Shown: piece by piece, positions 36,948 to 50,695 of the stretch | Layout: each line of letters starts with the position of its first letter | How positions within the stretch are numbered: position 1 is the stretch's first letter | Assembly: GCF_964355755.1 (NCBI RefSeq) | Contig: NC_092680.1 | Location: 6,448,001-6,512,000, forward strand | From: Antedon mediterranea | Lineage: Eukaryota; Animalia; Echinodermata | Reading direction: 5' to 3' | DNA: 64,000 bases | Notes under the pieces: generated by a model | The model's input: only the letters and a program-made list of their open reading frames with translations | Databases searched by the model: none | Told to the model about the DNA's origin: nothing | Translations under genes and position numbers: made by a program

Positions 36948-38724
36948 CTGTAAACAAATTAAGTGAGATTCATTAATATAGAACTCCAACCGAATTATCA
37001 ATGAGTTCCACTCATTGAATACATAGCATCAATATTATGCACCGTTCTATACAAACAAGTCACCAAAAACACTCCGAATTGAAGAAAATATAACGCTTAC
37101 AATGGTATTATCGTATTTTAAATAAATGAAATGACTTTATAACATCAGTGTTAGTGAAGAACAACACTATTTACCCACCCTACCGTATAGAAAAAAAACA
37201 TTAATCAGACCGATCTTTCGCTTTATCAACAAAATTGTCGTTTTGTAATTTGAAAACATGCTCGCAACTTACTGTCCTGAATCGCAAGCGGATTAGTATT
37301 AAACCAAACGATAAAAATACGCGCCATACTCTACAACAATCCATTAATATATCTGACCAAACGGAAATAATTTTAATTTAGTCTCCTTAACTAAACTACA
37401 TTTCATCAAATACCTTTTAAGTCATTAATCCGAATACTGTTGAATTAAACAGAACAGGTCACTTTGTGAGGAGAGCGCAAATCATGAATACGTCGCTGTA
37501 GGCTGGAAATGACGAACGATAGGATATATATTGCGAAAACACCCGGGCAATGACATGCGGCGGAAATTAATGCATGAAGTAATAAACAAGAATTGAATTG
37601 TGTGCAAAATACGATTGAAAAAGAAGTAGTTGAAGGAAGAGAACATTCCATTACAAACCTTTCAGCAAATCCGTTTATCATGTAAAGTATAGCCATGTGT
37701 CTCAGATGCAACAATAATAGCTAACCTTACTCCATCAATTTGAATTTTTTAAATATACATCGTAATTCATGAGTTCGGCTTGGTGTTTATAATTATACTT
37801 TATACTATACTTTGTATTTCAGATAAAACGAACAACTTATTTAAGTGCAATTGTTTCTTTCCTTTTTACTAAAAGGTGAGCATATGTCTATATATGTATT
37901 TTTGTTTAGCATCTTGTACAGTAAGTAACATAATAATTTAAATGTATACGAAAATGTAGCGTTGTTACTATAAGCTCGTTATGTCTACCGCCCTCTGTAG
38001 TTTTATTGAAGTTTTAATTGGTCATTTGCATAATTTCTTTAAGGAAACTCTTTCATGGTTCTTCAGAGTTAATTCAATAAACCCTTTTATTGACTTACTA
38101 CAAATTAGTAACATTAAGCTATAGATGTTTTACCTAAAGTAATGACCCAACATGTTCATGTTTAATCAATAATACAATTCCCTTTTTAAATATTTTCTTT
38201 TTTGTTCGAGAGTTTTTAACTAAGTTGAAAATGTCAAGGCTACTGACAGTGAAAAATAAACTGAATGTTAGACGAAAAACAACTCGAGCGGTTTCGGAAA
38301 TATCGTTAAAAGATGTAGCCAAAATAAAGGACTGTAAAGAAGTGTATTTTTATAGAAATATAAAATAGTAATAAAAATGTTATTATTGCATCCGACTGTG
38401 AATTCAATAATCTTCAGTTCAATTAGTCGCATTGCATTAATACAACTAAATGATTGTTCTTTAAAATGCATAGGCCTACAGCTAAAATTAATGTTTCAAT
38501 GAAAATCGTTTCAAGTATAATATATGAGTAATTTATCTATAACATCACATTTCTAATTTCTAACTTATCAATCATGGATTTACACTTTAAAACATTAACA
38601 ATCACTACACGATCTTTCTTGAATAATCAATAACCGGTATATTTTCATGCATACGGCTCAGGGTTTTCTTTTATTGAAACGAAAAGCTAAAAAAAATGGG
38701 ACAATGAAGTGATCAAAATGATGC

Positions 38725-38810
38725 TTTTTTATTTATTTATTTTTGTATTAAACCTTATCTAAAGATGGTAACCCTAATCAGCATATGCTGACAATCAAGG
38801 GGCCCTTCTT
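38725..38810 (-). mobile_element. Short 3' tail fragment of a SINE/LINE
   Basis: (TTTA)n plus a TCAGCATATGCTGA hairpin; similar tails at about 29445-29505 and 58390-58470. Confidence 0.5.
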
Positions 38811-40628
38811 ATGATGATGACCATTCTTCATAATGTCATAAAATATACAATGACATTACTAATATAGCATTAATTACTTTATAATGCTTTAATTTAAACA
38901 AAATGTATAAGATTTCTAGAGTTACAGATTTGTTTTCTCTTTTGGTTGTTCTCTAAAAAAACACTGAGATATTTTCCAGTATTAGGCCTAACCTGTCTCG
39001 GCTGTTTGGGTGTAAGTAAAATAGCCTACGATAAAAATGTGTGTACATGTCTGGAAACGATTAATGTTATGGAAAACACCTGAAACAAAAATGCGCCACC
39101 AACCTCTAAATACACTTGGTGGCGCACTAATGTTCAATTCTTTTTTTATATACATCGCGGGAAACAGACGTCCACCACCATTCTATTAGGTATAAAATCA
39201 TAATAAATAGGCGCTAATTTACCCATGTTAGTTTATCGGGCGAATCAACAATACTGAGTTTTGATTGGTTGCATAGTTTTTCACATGGAATTTGCCTTTG
39301 ATTGCTGCGCATGTGTCTCTATAGTTGTTTAATATATGATTATACTTTAGTAAGAATGTCCTTGATTGAGTATTGAAAAAGCTCGATATAAACTCGATAA
39401 TATTGTAATATGCTATATATTCTGTACTTATTAATTAATTAAATATTATCTTGCCAAAAGACCGTACAATTAAAGTAGACTGGCGCTTTAGCTTATCTAA
39501 GTGTCTTATTACGTAGATTGGATTTGAAAGGTTAAGTCCTTAGCACTCTCCACTATCACATTTTGTACGGTAGTGAATTACAAAATAACCGAACATTAGA
39601 TAATCCGTCTTACTTGCAAATAGAAATAACGACATGGTTGTACATGAATTGCTAATTGTGTGAGTTGCTATTAGTTACTGATTAGTAAACTGAATGTTGG
39701 TAATCTTTTTTGAAAAATATCAATTTGTGTTTATAAAAACTCGATATTTGTTGTTTTTAACGTTTAGAAATAAAGGTTCAATCATGTCAAGCCTAATCCT
39801 TTATAGATGAAACTTTAAATTGCCAATACATTGTTCATGTTTTGATTACCAAAAAATAGGCCTGTTCTGTTCGCACAATCATGTATATTGTTGCAATATT
39901 TGTTTTGTTGTTAGATCTTACCTTTGTAGTTGATCTTACCTGCTAGGTAGTCGTTTTAATAATAATAAAAAAAAGAAGATAAAAAAGGCACCGTCAAATT
40001 TTAAAACAAACTACTATAGTCAATTCTTTTTGAAATCACAAGAAGTCGGCACAATGTACGTTAATGAGAAAATCATAGTTCAATTTGTGTTTTAATGTAG
40101 GCATATATCTCAACCTTGATAAATTAATCAACGGCCTTAAATACGGGCTGTATCTAGTTCATGTCATAGACAAATTTCCTGATACAGCGTCCCATATGTA
40201 CCATAGTGTACCAAACTAATTTTAACCGCTGTATTAGTGTCAGGCTGTATTTGCTCTATTCAGTAGCCTTTAAGAAAAATTGTATGATTTAGCATGACGC
40301 ACATGTGACAATGTAACACGAAAAATGTTTTTGTTATATACAGCTAGTTTGCACAAACATGCTTTTAGGCCAATTGTTGTCGATTTCTACGTTGTCATAT
40401 GGTTTACAAGTGTTTACATTAAGTAACTAGCAGACCTTGAGAATAGACCAACAAACAAATTAAATGACAAAATATTTGTCTGAAATTGTGTGTCATCAAG
40501 TAAATATACATTTATTTGTAATTCGAATGTTTACTAGAATAAAACCGCTATAAATAGACCGCATAGGCAAGATGTTAACAATGTTGACTAGCAGCTGCAT
40601 TAAAATTCAAATAATTCACATGACTAAT

Positions 40629-41985
40629 AGTAGAGCTACACTCAGACTTTCTCAACTTATATTATGTTTAAGTATGTTTAATTAAAAGTGATTACATAAA
40701 AAAAACAGGGAAAATACTTAAATATTTTTCAAAAACTCATTTCTAAAAAATCGGTCAGAAAATACTGTTTTTTAATACATTACACTTTTTCAGTAACTTA
40801 GGGGTTATTAGTTTACAATACGTCGCGAAACGCGTTACACTTAGCAACTGACGCGTTTTAGTCGCCGGTGAACGCATGGGTGAAATGTCTCCTCTTTGGT
40901 AAATTATGTGTCGAAAAATGGGGAATAAATTTTATACACACAATTAATACGATTTGTTTAGGCCTTAGTAATATTTCCGATAAAAATGTCATTATAATTT
41001 ACATGTATGATTTGCACTGTACAACAGCATAATAATCTTATCAGATTGCTTATTAACTTTTAAGCTAGGCCTAGCTAAGCCGTCTGGTCAGCCTAGCTAG
41101 CCTTGAATTTTTGTCTAGGCCTATATGCATTCATGGGTTTGAAAATTCTTGGTCGTTTCGCCCCATTTATCATTCCTGGGTTTTCTCGCACATTAAGAAT
41201 TGTTAAACACAAAATCATATACAGAACAAGAGTAGTAAAGTGTAGTAAAGTGATGTGGAAGCTTAGGCCTGACTGAAAAGCAAATATTCAGGCACCCTAT
41301 CATGGCCCATGGGCCGAGGTTGGATGCCAGCAGAACAAACTTCACTGCTGAGTGTAAGCCTAGCTAGAGGCCAAGCAGCATCGGTACAAACCTACACTCT
41401 AGTAGGCCTAGGCCTAGCTTTATTGAATATATAACCACATCTTTCTTAAATCTCGTTAAATTTGACATTTTAGTAATAGTCTCATAATCACATTATTACA
41501 CTGTGAAACATGATAGGGTCACATTCAGAATGTTTTAATATACTTTTTGCCCGTCAAACATAACATCGCGACAAAATAACAGATCGCCAGCTGCAGTAGA
41601 GTGTGATTGTGAAAAACGTCACGTGATCATACTCCCTAGCAAAATAAAAAACCCAATTGGACCCGAACGGGGGAAAGTGTCTATTTACGCAAAATTGCGC
41701 AATGTATACGCGATAAAAATACCAGAAATAGAAAGATCTGGAAAAATTACATAAAACTACATTTTAAATTTTTTTTTTTAGTGAAAAAATTAATTTTTTA
41801 GGATTATTCAAATATACCCCCCTTTTGCATGTAAAAGAATAGGAAATTACAAGGTATCCCCCCAAAACGCAAAAAGGCGTGATTTTCAAGAAACTCGTAC
41901 TCATTGAAAAAAATTTCAAAAAAATATGAAGTATGGGGGATGATATTTTTAAATAATAGTTGAAATGTATGAAAAATAGTAATTT
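40629..41985. mobile_element. Longer relative of the 1705-2079 MITE; right end not found
   Basis: Starts AGTAGAGCTACACTC (same TIR); 41676-41985 matches the MITE body. Confidence 0.55.
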
Positions 41986-42494
41986 TATTTTTTATAAAGA
42001 TTACTTTTACGATCTCCACACCGCAATGAGGAAAATACCTTAAATCATTCGCTTTAATGTATTTACTTGTCCGTCAGTTTTTTCCCTTATGTGGTTGGTG
42101 AAGGAGTTTGTCATCCTCTTTTTCTCTATCAGAGTAAAATTGAGGTCTATCGGAGTTATAATTTCGGTTTAGTCTGTACTTACAATAGAATTAACGGTCG
42201 TGGAGTAAACTATCTCATGCTGGAAAAAAACAGGCATGATGGTCCAATCTGAGTAATTGCAACAGACATGTCTAGATATTTGAGCATGAATTAGATGCAT
42301 AATAGAAATAGGAGCTAATCAAAGAAATTACCAAACATACCGTTTTGTACATTTGGTTACTTTTGTATCATGCGAAAGAGGAAACGATTATGATGTCGAC
42401 GCATTGTGACAAACAATATGGAATGCAAGTCAATGCTAATATTATGCAAGTCGTTTATTTAAAGACGTAAATGCATTTAGCGCCCTAAAGCAAA

Positions 42495-42498
<4 letters not shown>

Positions 42499-42558
<60 letters not shown>
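42499..42558. repeat. (TA)n microsatellite
   Basis: About 30 TA units. Confidence 0.98.
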
Positions 42559-42562
<4 letters not shown>

Positions 42563-45500
42563 CGTAAACTACTTTCATAATAATCGCAGTTTGAGCTATA
42601 TTTTATTAAGAATGTTATTATAGGTCATAATTACAAGGAGACTATAACTCATGCATTCTAGTACTGGTTAAATAGATACATTTTGAAATACGTGACCAGA
42701 GAAGAATGGAATGACTTTGCTTTTCATTCGTGAATAACTTGGAAATTGCAACAAAAAAAATCAGTTATTAATAGAAACATTATTCAGTTAGTAATTTGCA
42801 TACAATACATACAACATTGTGTTACTTTGAGACACAAATAATTATTTTAAAATAAATTCTCTAGACTAAATAATACAATCCCGTATCTTGTTCAATAACG
42901 TTTAGGTGGCGCTAATGGCAAGATAACGAGCTAGAGATGATGGACCCGTAAATTGTCGTTATATTTAAAATCGCCGCCATTTTCTAGGCGTATAAGTTTA
43001 ACATTCTTTCCACTCACTTTTTGGATCGTGGTTTAAACTTGTAACAGAAAAGGATGTTGAATTAAAATTTGTATTACAAAGTTATAGAGTTTAAAATAAA
43101 GTAGACCTACAATACATACATACATACATAGGCCAATGTTTATTCAAGGTACGTTACAGACTCGAATAGGTATAATGTGATTTTCCCATCGCGTCAGAGT
43201 TAATGCCATGTTTTTATTTCCAACAACAGAGGATTTAAAGATCCACAAACCATAAGTTCACCGTAAAATACTGTATACATAATAGCTACGTTATGTTTTT
43301 ATAAGGTCTTAGGTTTACATTAATGTTTTTACATGCGGTTTATAATGGGATAATGTTGCATCGTGAATTTAAAAAAATGCTCTTTTCAGCACATTTTATT
43401 ATCGAATATACTATATTATAGTCGAATAGGTTTCTTCCTGTTAAACGTCAACAAATATTACGGTACTTATTGTAGACAACGTTAGGGAAAACTGTAACGC
43501 TAAGTAAACCATGTTTAAGTAATGATGCTATTTTGTTTTTATGATGTGTATAGTTAATAATATGCATTATAGTATCGGTATAGAAGTCATAGATAACGGT
43601 ACGAAACGCCGGTATTTTTTTGCCGCCATGCACACATCATTGTCATGTATGAAAAAATGTTAATCATATTTTCTCTTTTAGTGAGTGCTCGTTTTGAAGA
43701 ACATAACCTCATTCGGATAATTACAACACGTGCTTTTTAAAATGGTCGTTGCACGGTCGCAAGGACAACGACCGATTTTGAAGGCATTGGAAATGATAAC
43801 TTTTGATTATTATTCAGGAAAGACACGAACATAAAATCTTAGCAGATATTCATAAATCACAGTGTGTATGTAAGTTTACTTTAGAAATTTGTTTCCTGTC
43901 CACCGAAGAAGTTTTTTGTTTTACCAATTTCATTAATACATAATGACTTCACCAACTTTTAACTCCCACGGATACATTTATTTAGATTAGATGATTTCAG
44001 ATAAGCTACATTTATGGCAGTACAGAATACTAAAATGGTGTAGCATTTAGTCGATGCCGTACGGTATCGCACATGCCAACAGCATGTAAGTATCGTGCCT
44101 GCTGTCGACAACAGTCAAACCAACTTACATGACCCCTACAACAGTGGGCTGGCAGAAACGTCTTATAATGCTTTTGAACAAGATGCTACAACTGCAGGAT
44201 ATAATAATAAATAATAATATAGGATGAAGGTTGCTTTTAAAAGACCCAATACTGCTAGCTGTTTGCTGTAGCTAGACATGATACCGTACTACATTCTGAA
44301 CGTTTGCTGCTGGTCAAACGCTTAATACTTCATATCGACAAGTCAGAGTTTGCATATAATACCGGTAGGCCTACAGGTAATTACATATTCTGCTTATACT
44401 GAAATTAAAACCCTGAGGGGGTTTACACTAAATTTACTACTAAACTACCGATGCAGACATGCTATAGTTATTGAATACTGAGTATTAAAATACGATAGTA
44501 AACGAAGATTCTGAATTCTATTTATCAAAATATCTGTGTTAGAAAACCAATTATTCACAAAAGTATAATTAAATATGACAAGTTACTATCGGTAATGCGT
44601 TTTGAAATATAAACTAAATAAGATCAATTAAAGTATCAGTTGAAGATTTGTTTTAGTATTTATGAGGAAAAATGTTTAATTCCAAGCCTCCATTTGAATG
44701 AATGCAGAAGTTCAATTCAATTCCAAATTCCGATGTCGTATGCATTTTCTGAAGATTATTGTAGTTGTTGGTACGTTGATTGTTAATATAAAGTTTCGCT
44801 ACTTTTTTAAAATTTTAATCTTCTTTGTCATATTTAAAAGATTAATTATCTACTATCCTTATTATTCTTTTGAACATGTTCAGATGTTGATATTAGTGAA
44901 CCGTTTGTATTATTCTTGCCACAATTTCGATGGTCCTGTTAGAATAAAAAAAAATGCTTTAAAAAAAAGAAGAAGTTTGAAAATAAAATACAAGCACTCC
45001 ATATAGTAGGAAGAAATATCTTTATGTTTGAATGTGATCAAATTTATAATTATGTATTTTGTTTTCAGCGCTGTTATTTTATTATTTTTGTATGTATGAA
45101 CTATTATAGCTTTTGTGTTTTTAATAATCTCGTGTTAAGACACAGGAGTTCTGACTCAATAAACTGATGGATGTTGATGGATCGGTCTCTAAACACAACA
45201 GATCACAATATTTCTTGTTAAAGGAAATTAGATAGACATATTCTATTCCGTCTTTTCAAATAAGAACAAAAGAACATAATTTCCTGTCAAACAGGTAATG
45301 ACGTCTACAAAATAGGTGCACATTGATGAAAGAGGACACCTTGATATGAAACTATAGTGAATCTTCATTATCAGCAGCATTTTCACTCCTGTCACTATAT
45401 TGTCGATACATCACAATCGTTTAACATTTAGATACTCGAGGCTACTGATTATCACTAAATTGGTTTGATTAATTACTATCATGTTTTAAAGGAATCAGCC

Positions 45501-48500
45501 TGTTGAGTGTAGGATTTGACATTGCTTAAAACGACACCCTAATGCACAGAACGTTATGTAGGCAGTTGACATCATTTAAAAAGTTAAACGTTTCAAATTC
45601 GTATTCTGCTTCATTTTTAGACGCGCTCCCTTAGACCACGTGGATGAGATGAGAAAAAAATATATGCATTTTGAAGTGGACTCTTATCCGTTCAGCGGAA
45701 AAATATGTAAAGAAGAAATCAACCGCGATTCGAACCCAGGTCTTCATTCATTCTTCATTTCATAGATACTAAAATTAGAAACAAATGTGAACATTTATTA
45801 GTATCCTTTACCACGGATTATCATTCTTTTCTGCCACATTGGTAGAAATTAAATGTGTATTATAAAGTAACATGTGTAGGCGTGTTCAATTATAAAATAA
45901 AGTACTAAATTACGTGTTAGAAATGTTTATTATATTGTTTTTTTTTTCTTTCTTTTTGTATTTTAATGTAATAATAGTTCGTATATTGCGATACAGTATA
46001 TCGGGTTGAAGACGTATGTTTGTATGAAGCAGATGATACATAAGTATGGATTAGTCTCTCACTAATACTTCATCATAAACAATACGGTAAATGAACACTT
46101 TATATTCACTCTATCAGGATTAATTATTCAAGGTTAGTATTAGTAGAAGAGTGACAAGTATGATTACATCGTTTCGTTAATTACGTGTGTCTGTTATTAC
46201 CCGCCCATTAATAAACATTTTAACAAGTTAATGAAATTTCTATTTTTATATTTTGAGAAAAGATTCTCTTGAGAATGCTTGCTTGAAGAAAAAATCATAA
46301 TATAATAATTATCACTTATTAAGCCAAAAGAAATTCGTATCAATTTCAAAATATAAGCACTACGCACCAGTTTCATTAGCTATCATTAGTTATTATCTTT
46401 AGACTGGTATCATGTGACCATTTCTTAAATCAAACCAACGTCTTATACCTATCTGGCAGCACATAGTAATATATACTAATGATGATTTTAACAATGCTAA
46501 AAGTGAATGTTGTAGAGGCCTACTGAGGGATAACAAATTTGGTGATGTATAATATGGCAATAACTTCATTTAACATTTGAGAAAAAGCACATTGAGCAAT
46601 GCAGCTTAGACTGAAACAGGCTAGAAAACAAAAAGAAATATTTAATTTGCTACAAATATCCGTAGCTATGAATAGTCAGTAAGATTATCAATCTTTTAAA
46701 GCTAATATTAACACAAAGTAAAGTCAAACTTAAGTAATTTGAAACAGTTCAATTCGAAGAAAATTAATTTTCTGGTAGGATTTGACAGCAAATAAGCTAG
46801 ATTGCATGTGCGTAATGTAATGTAATCTTTGACCGTTGATAATTAATGTGCCATTAATATTCTAGATATATCATGATTATCTCTACTTGCCTATACTGTC
46901 TACAAAATATAAAGAAGTGAAATATCGCTCTTCGGCGTTGAAGAGAGGCGTTACAAACGAATGATTGTACATTACATTTTAGGAAATCGTTAGCACCGTA
47001 ATGTTAATTCTTTTCTTTCTTTACCAACTTATATAATTATGGAGGTGAGAATTATCTATCATTCATCTAAGTTTTTTTATTTTTTAATGTATTAGAATTT
47101 TTATTAATTATTATATAATATTATATCTGTTATTCCTAGAAATGTAATGTTTTTCTGTTTAGCCAATGACTATCATAAAATTACGGCAACGGCTGTGCGG
47201 CGAGCGCGCGCGTCGATATCGTAAATCTTGCAACTGTTCTGAACTCATATACATCAAAAGTACGTTGTCAAAATATGGTTCTCGGTAAAATTGTCCTTTA
47301 TGTGTTATGTTAGGGTCTATGATACAGGCTCTAGTGTTTCACCTGTGATGATGTATTACGGAATTCGCCTACTGTTTTCTCGTCACTTCTACAAATTAAC
47401 TGTAAAAGTATAGTTAGTCTATCAACACACAATTTCACTTTTTTTGTTTTTGGTGAATTCTAAACATGATTAACAGATCGCACCGTAAAGATTAACCTAT
47501 TTGTATACATGAATAATTTAACACACCACGTATATCTCAGACTTTAAAATGATGTTTGTTTTGTTTTACAATCCTTCTTAAGCTGGATTTGTCTCATTTT
47601 AATTTAACTTTATCTAGATTACTAAAATCTAAGCGTTAGTAAGAGACTGAACTACATTCAAATGTGGATTAGCATTGAATATTGTCTGCAGTAGTAATAA
47701 CATATACTTGTATTGGATTGGTATCCTTAAAATAGTCGGCAATGGTTATTACATTAATCCAGAGCTAGATTACTTACAGGAAATATTTGTATTACACTTT
47801 TTTTTCATTTTTATAAATTTAGTTTTATTCTGTGTCTGAGAAAATGATACAGAAAAAAATATGACGTGGTCTAGCTCTATCGATATTAGGGAGCTTTCGA
47901 TTTACATCGACGACCAAACTTACGTCTTATTAATTCATTTTGCACATGCGGAGATATTGGGACGTGTTTCCACCACTACTGCTAGATTTGATAGTTTATA
48001 GGTCTAGGTGACGAACATCGTTTGACCTGACCTAGGTTGATAAACTGGAAAATGATTACTTTTTTTGTTGAACAAACACAATATAGAAACGAATGGTATA
48101 AATACCTAGTGATGTTTCGTTTACATGCTATCAACTTCCTCAAACTACCCATCTGTTTGGATTGTTCTGTACTGTACAGACCAATATGTGACAGTCTTGG
48201 AGACGCTGTGTAGCGCCAGCAGTCGTCCTATTGTTGACGATCGAGCGTTTACGCTTGCTCACCCCCCCCCCCCCCCACCTCCTGCTTTATTTTGTTCAGT
48301 AAATGTGCGTAAGATCATATTCTCCGATGTCTCTATTGCCGTTTCCTTTTCCGTATGCATGGCTTCTTTAATCTTTCTTCTTTCTATCTGTGATTCCTTT
48401 TCAACAACCTTTACTTTCTAATTTGGCACATGGTCATTTCTTATTGCGTAATCCGTAATAGCCGATTTGTGTAATATTTGTGATGATGGATTTCTATTAG

Positions 48501-48525
48501 CCATTGTTCTCCCCATTTAATTGTG

Positions 48526-48813
48526 TGTAGTGACGTCCTTGTTATGTTCTCCTATTGTTGTTTGAGGAAGTTGACAGCATGTCAATGAAACGTCACCAAG
48601 GTATCTATACCATTTGTGTCTGTATTTTTTTTCGTTCAAATAGTAATATTTTTCCTGTTTATTATATTCGGAACCAGATGAATGTAGTTACGTCCTTTTA
48701 TGCTCTCTTATTGTTTTTTGAGGAAGTTGACAGCATGTCAACGAAACGTCACCAAGGTATTTATACCATTTGTGTAATATTTTTCCAGTTTATTATATTC
48801 GGAACCAGATGAA
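48526..48813 (+). repeat. Tandem dimer (157-bp unit), each unit with a decayed hammerhead-like motif
   Basis: TTGAGGAA-GTTGACA(GCA)TGTCAA(T/C)-GAAACGTC-ACC occurs in both units. Confidence 0.7.
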
Positions 48814-49373
48814 TTTATTTTATGATCTACGTTAGGTTGGTCTTCGCTCTTCCCTACTAAGGGACGACATTTTCTTGGAAAAAATTGTTATTTCTGTACC
48901 TACTGAGATTAATATTTAAACTTGATTGACATTTTCGAAATTTCAGTAATGCATGTTCTGTCTTCAGAAAGTATGTTACATGTAATGAAGATGTCAATTA
49001 TATCCATAAGCCGCTCTTTATTTTAACTTAAGTGTCATTTCTTGAACCTTTTACTTTATATTTTTACGGTTATATACAAAATAACAAAATAAAGAGAGTC
49101 TCTTGAAACATAAACAGATTTATATGCGAAGAAAACGTATTTTGTAATAGTATTCACACTTTCTGGATGATTTTTGTATATAGCAAAATAATAACTTTAT
49201 GAATAATAAAATGGGTTCTTATAACATGTTTGCGGAACATATTAATGCAAGAAGTAAGAAAATACTTCTAACTGAACGTTTAAAATCCTTCATGATTAAT
49301 TAAACAGTTTCTAAAACGTTTAGATATATAAAATACATATACATCATCTTTTTGATATATTTTATCATGTTTA

Positions 49374-49565
49374 CCTCTCTCCACCCAGGTGTATAATTGG
49401 GAACCTGGTTAGATCAAGACACAACTTTGCGCTGATTACTAGCTGCATATATGGGAGTATGTTTCCATAGGTGTTTGATCAGGAAATGACTGGGGTAATA
49501 ATGTTCAGCGCATTGAGAGCTTGCTTTTATGCGCTATATAAGAATGAACTATTATTATTATTATT
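49374..49565 (+). mobile_element. 5'-truncated SINE, same family as 51337-51657
   Basis: CCTCTCTCCACCCAGGTGTATAA core, GCGCTATATAA end and a (TAT)n tail. Confidence 0.8.
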
Positions 49566-50036
49566 TGTTTATAAAACTGATGAATTTGCCTCGTTTTTTT
49601 GTATTCCTAAACAAGAAAACCGATCATACAACATGATTAACAGTTGGCAACTAACTGTTTTCTGATATCAAAATATGTCTCTACTGTAAGTCACGTTACC
49701 TTTTTCATTAAATTGTCTGAGAATTGAATATGGTAATAATAATAAAAAATTGGATTCGATTTTTCAGACAAGTTGACATTATCATAAAGAAATTAATTAA
49801 TTAAAAAATAATAATAAACATATTATTATTTTTTGACGTTATTAAGAGAGAAATCAGGTTCACTGAAAGTTTAGATATCTTCAAATCAATCGATATCAAT
49901 GCGTAAGTCACAAATGTCATGTACGGTACGGTACGACGTTGTAATTAAACATATAATATTGGTCAATGAAGGTCGTGTGTTAAATATCTTTCTTAAATAT
50001 TATAATATTTATTATTACGTTGTTTTTACGGCTTAA

Positions 50037-50384
50037 AGATGTATTGTCCCCATGAAAAAATAATTCTTTAAAAAAAATTTTGTTGAATATTCCATTTTAA
50101 TGTAACGTAATAGTTATCCACTTTGACCAAAAATTGGGTCTAAAAAAGTGTATTTACCTGAAAAAATGTAATAATTTAAAGCAAAAAATAGTCAAATTGG
50201 CTGCCAGCCAATGGATTTTTGGTTGAATTTAACCATTTATTTTGTTATTTTACACGTGAAAACATTATTTGTTTTCGGTTTTTTTCTACGGATGTGATTA
50301 ACTTTATATTAACTACAAAATAAGGTATTCAAAGTCTGATTTAATTAATCTTCATTTTTCATGTTTTTGGGGGACAATACATCT
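50037..50384. mobile_element. TTAA-target MITE, Kolobok-like (348 bp)
   Basis: TTAA|AGATGTATTGTCCCC ... GGGGACAATACATCT|TTAA. Confidence 0.85.
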
Positions 50385-50430
50385 TTAATAAGGAATAGGT
50401 ATATATGAATAATTAAAGAGTGTAGATAAA

Positions 50431-50540
50431 ACAAGGCCAACAGCCATAAGTCGCGTGCTAAAACGCATAGTGATACCGGACCAACAGACAGACCGACAGA
50501 CCGACCGACCGACTATAGAGTCGCGTCCACGTGACTAAAA
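50431..50540. mobile_element. Helentron/DINE-1-like non-autonomous element
   Basis: (GACC/GACA)n microsatellite, terminal hairpin AGTCGCGT-CC-ACGTGACT, a second AGTCGCGT near the other end, and insertion in an A run. Confidence 0.6.
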
Positions 50541-50695
50541 AGAAACAATTGGCTGTGATAATTAGATATAGATAAGATAAATAAGAATAAAGTGTAAAAT
50601 GTTTAAAAAATGGGGTGAAGGAGAAAAGAGTGATGGTAAAAGATTTGTGATGATAAAAGAAGATAAATGAGAAAAAGAAGTACGGATAAACAATA

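Noticed and set aside
44129-44194. Exon-like segment (CAG..GTAAGT) reading PTVVGV as GPCR TM1
   Set aside because: That frame ends in phase 2, incompatible with the phase-1 acceptor at 36947, and the similarity is weak. It could be a UTR exon.
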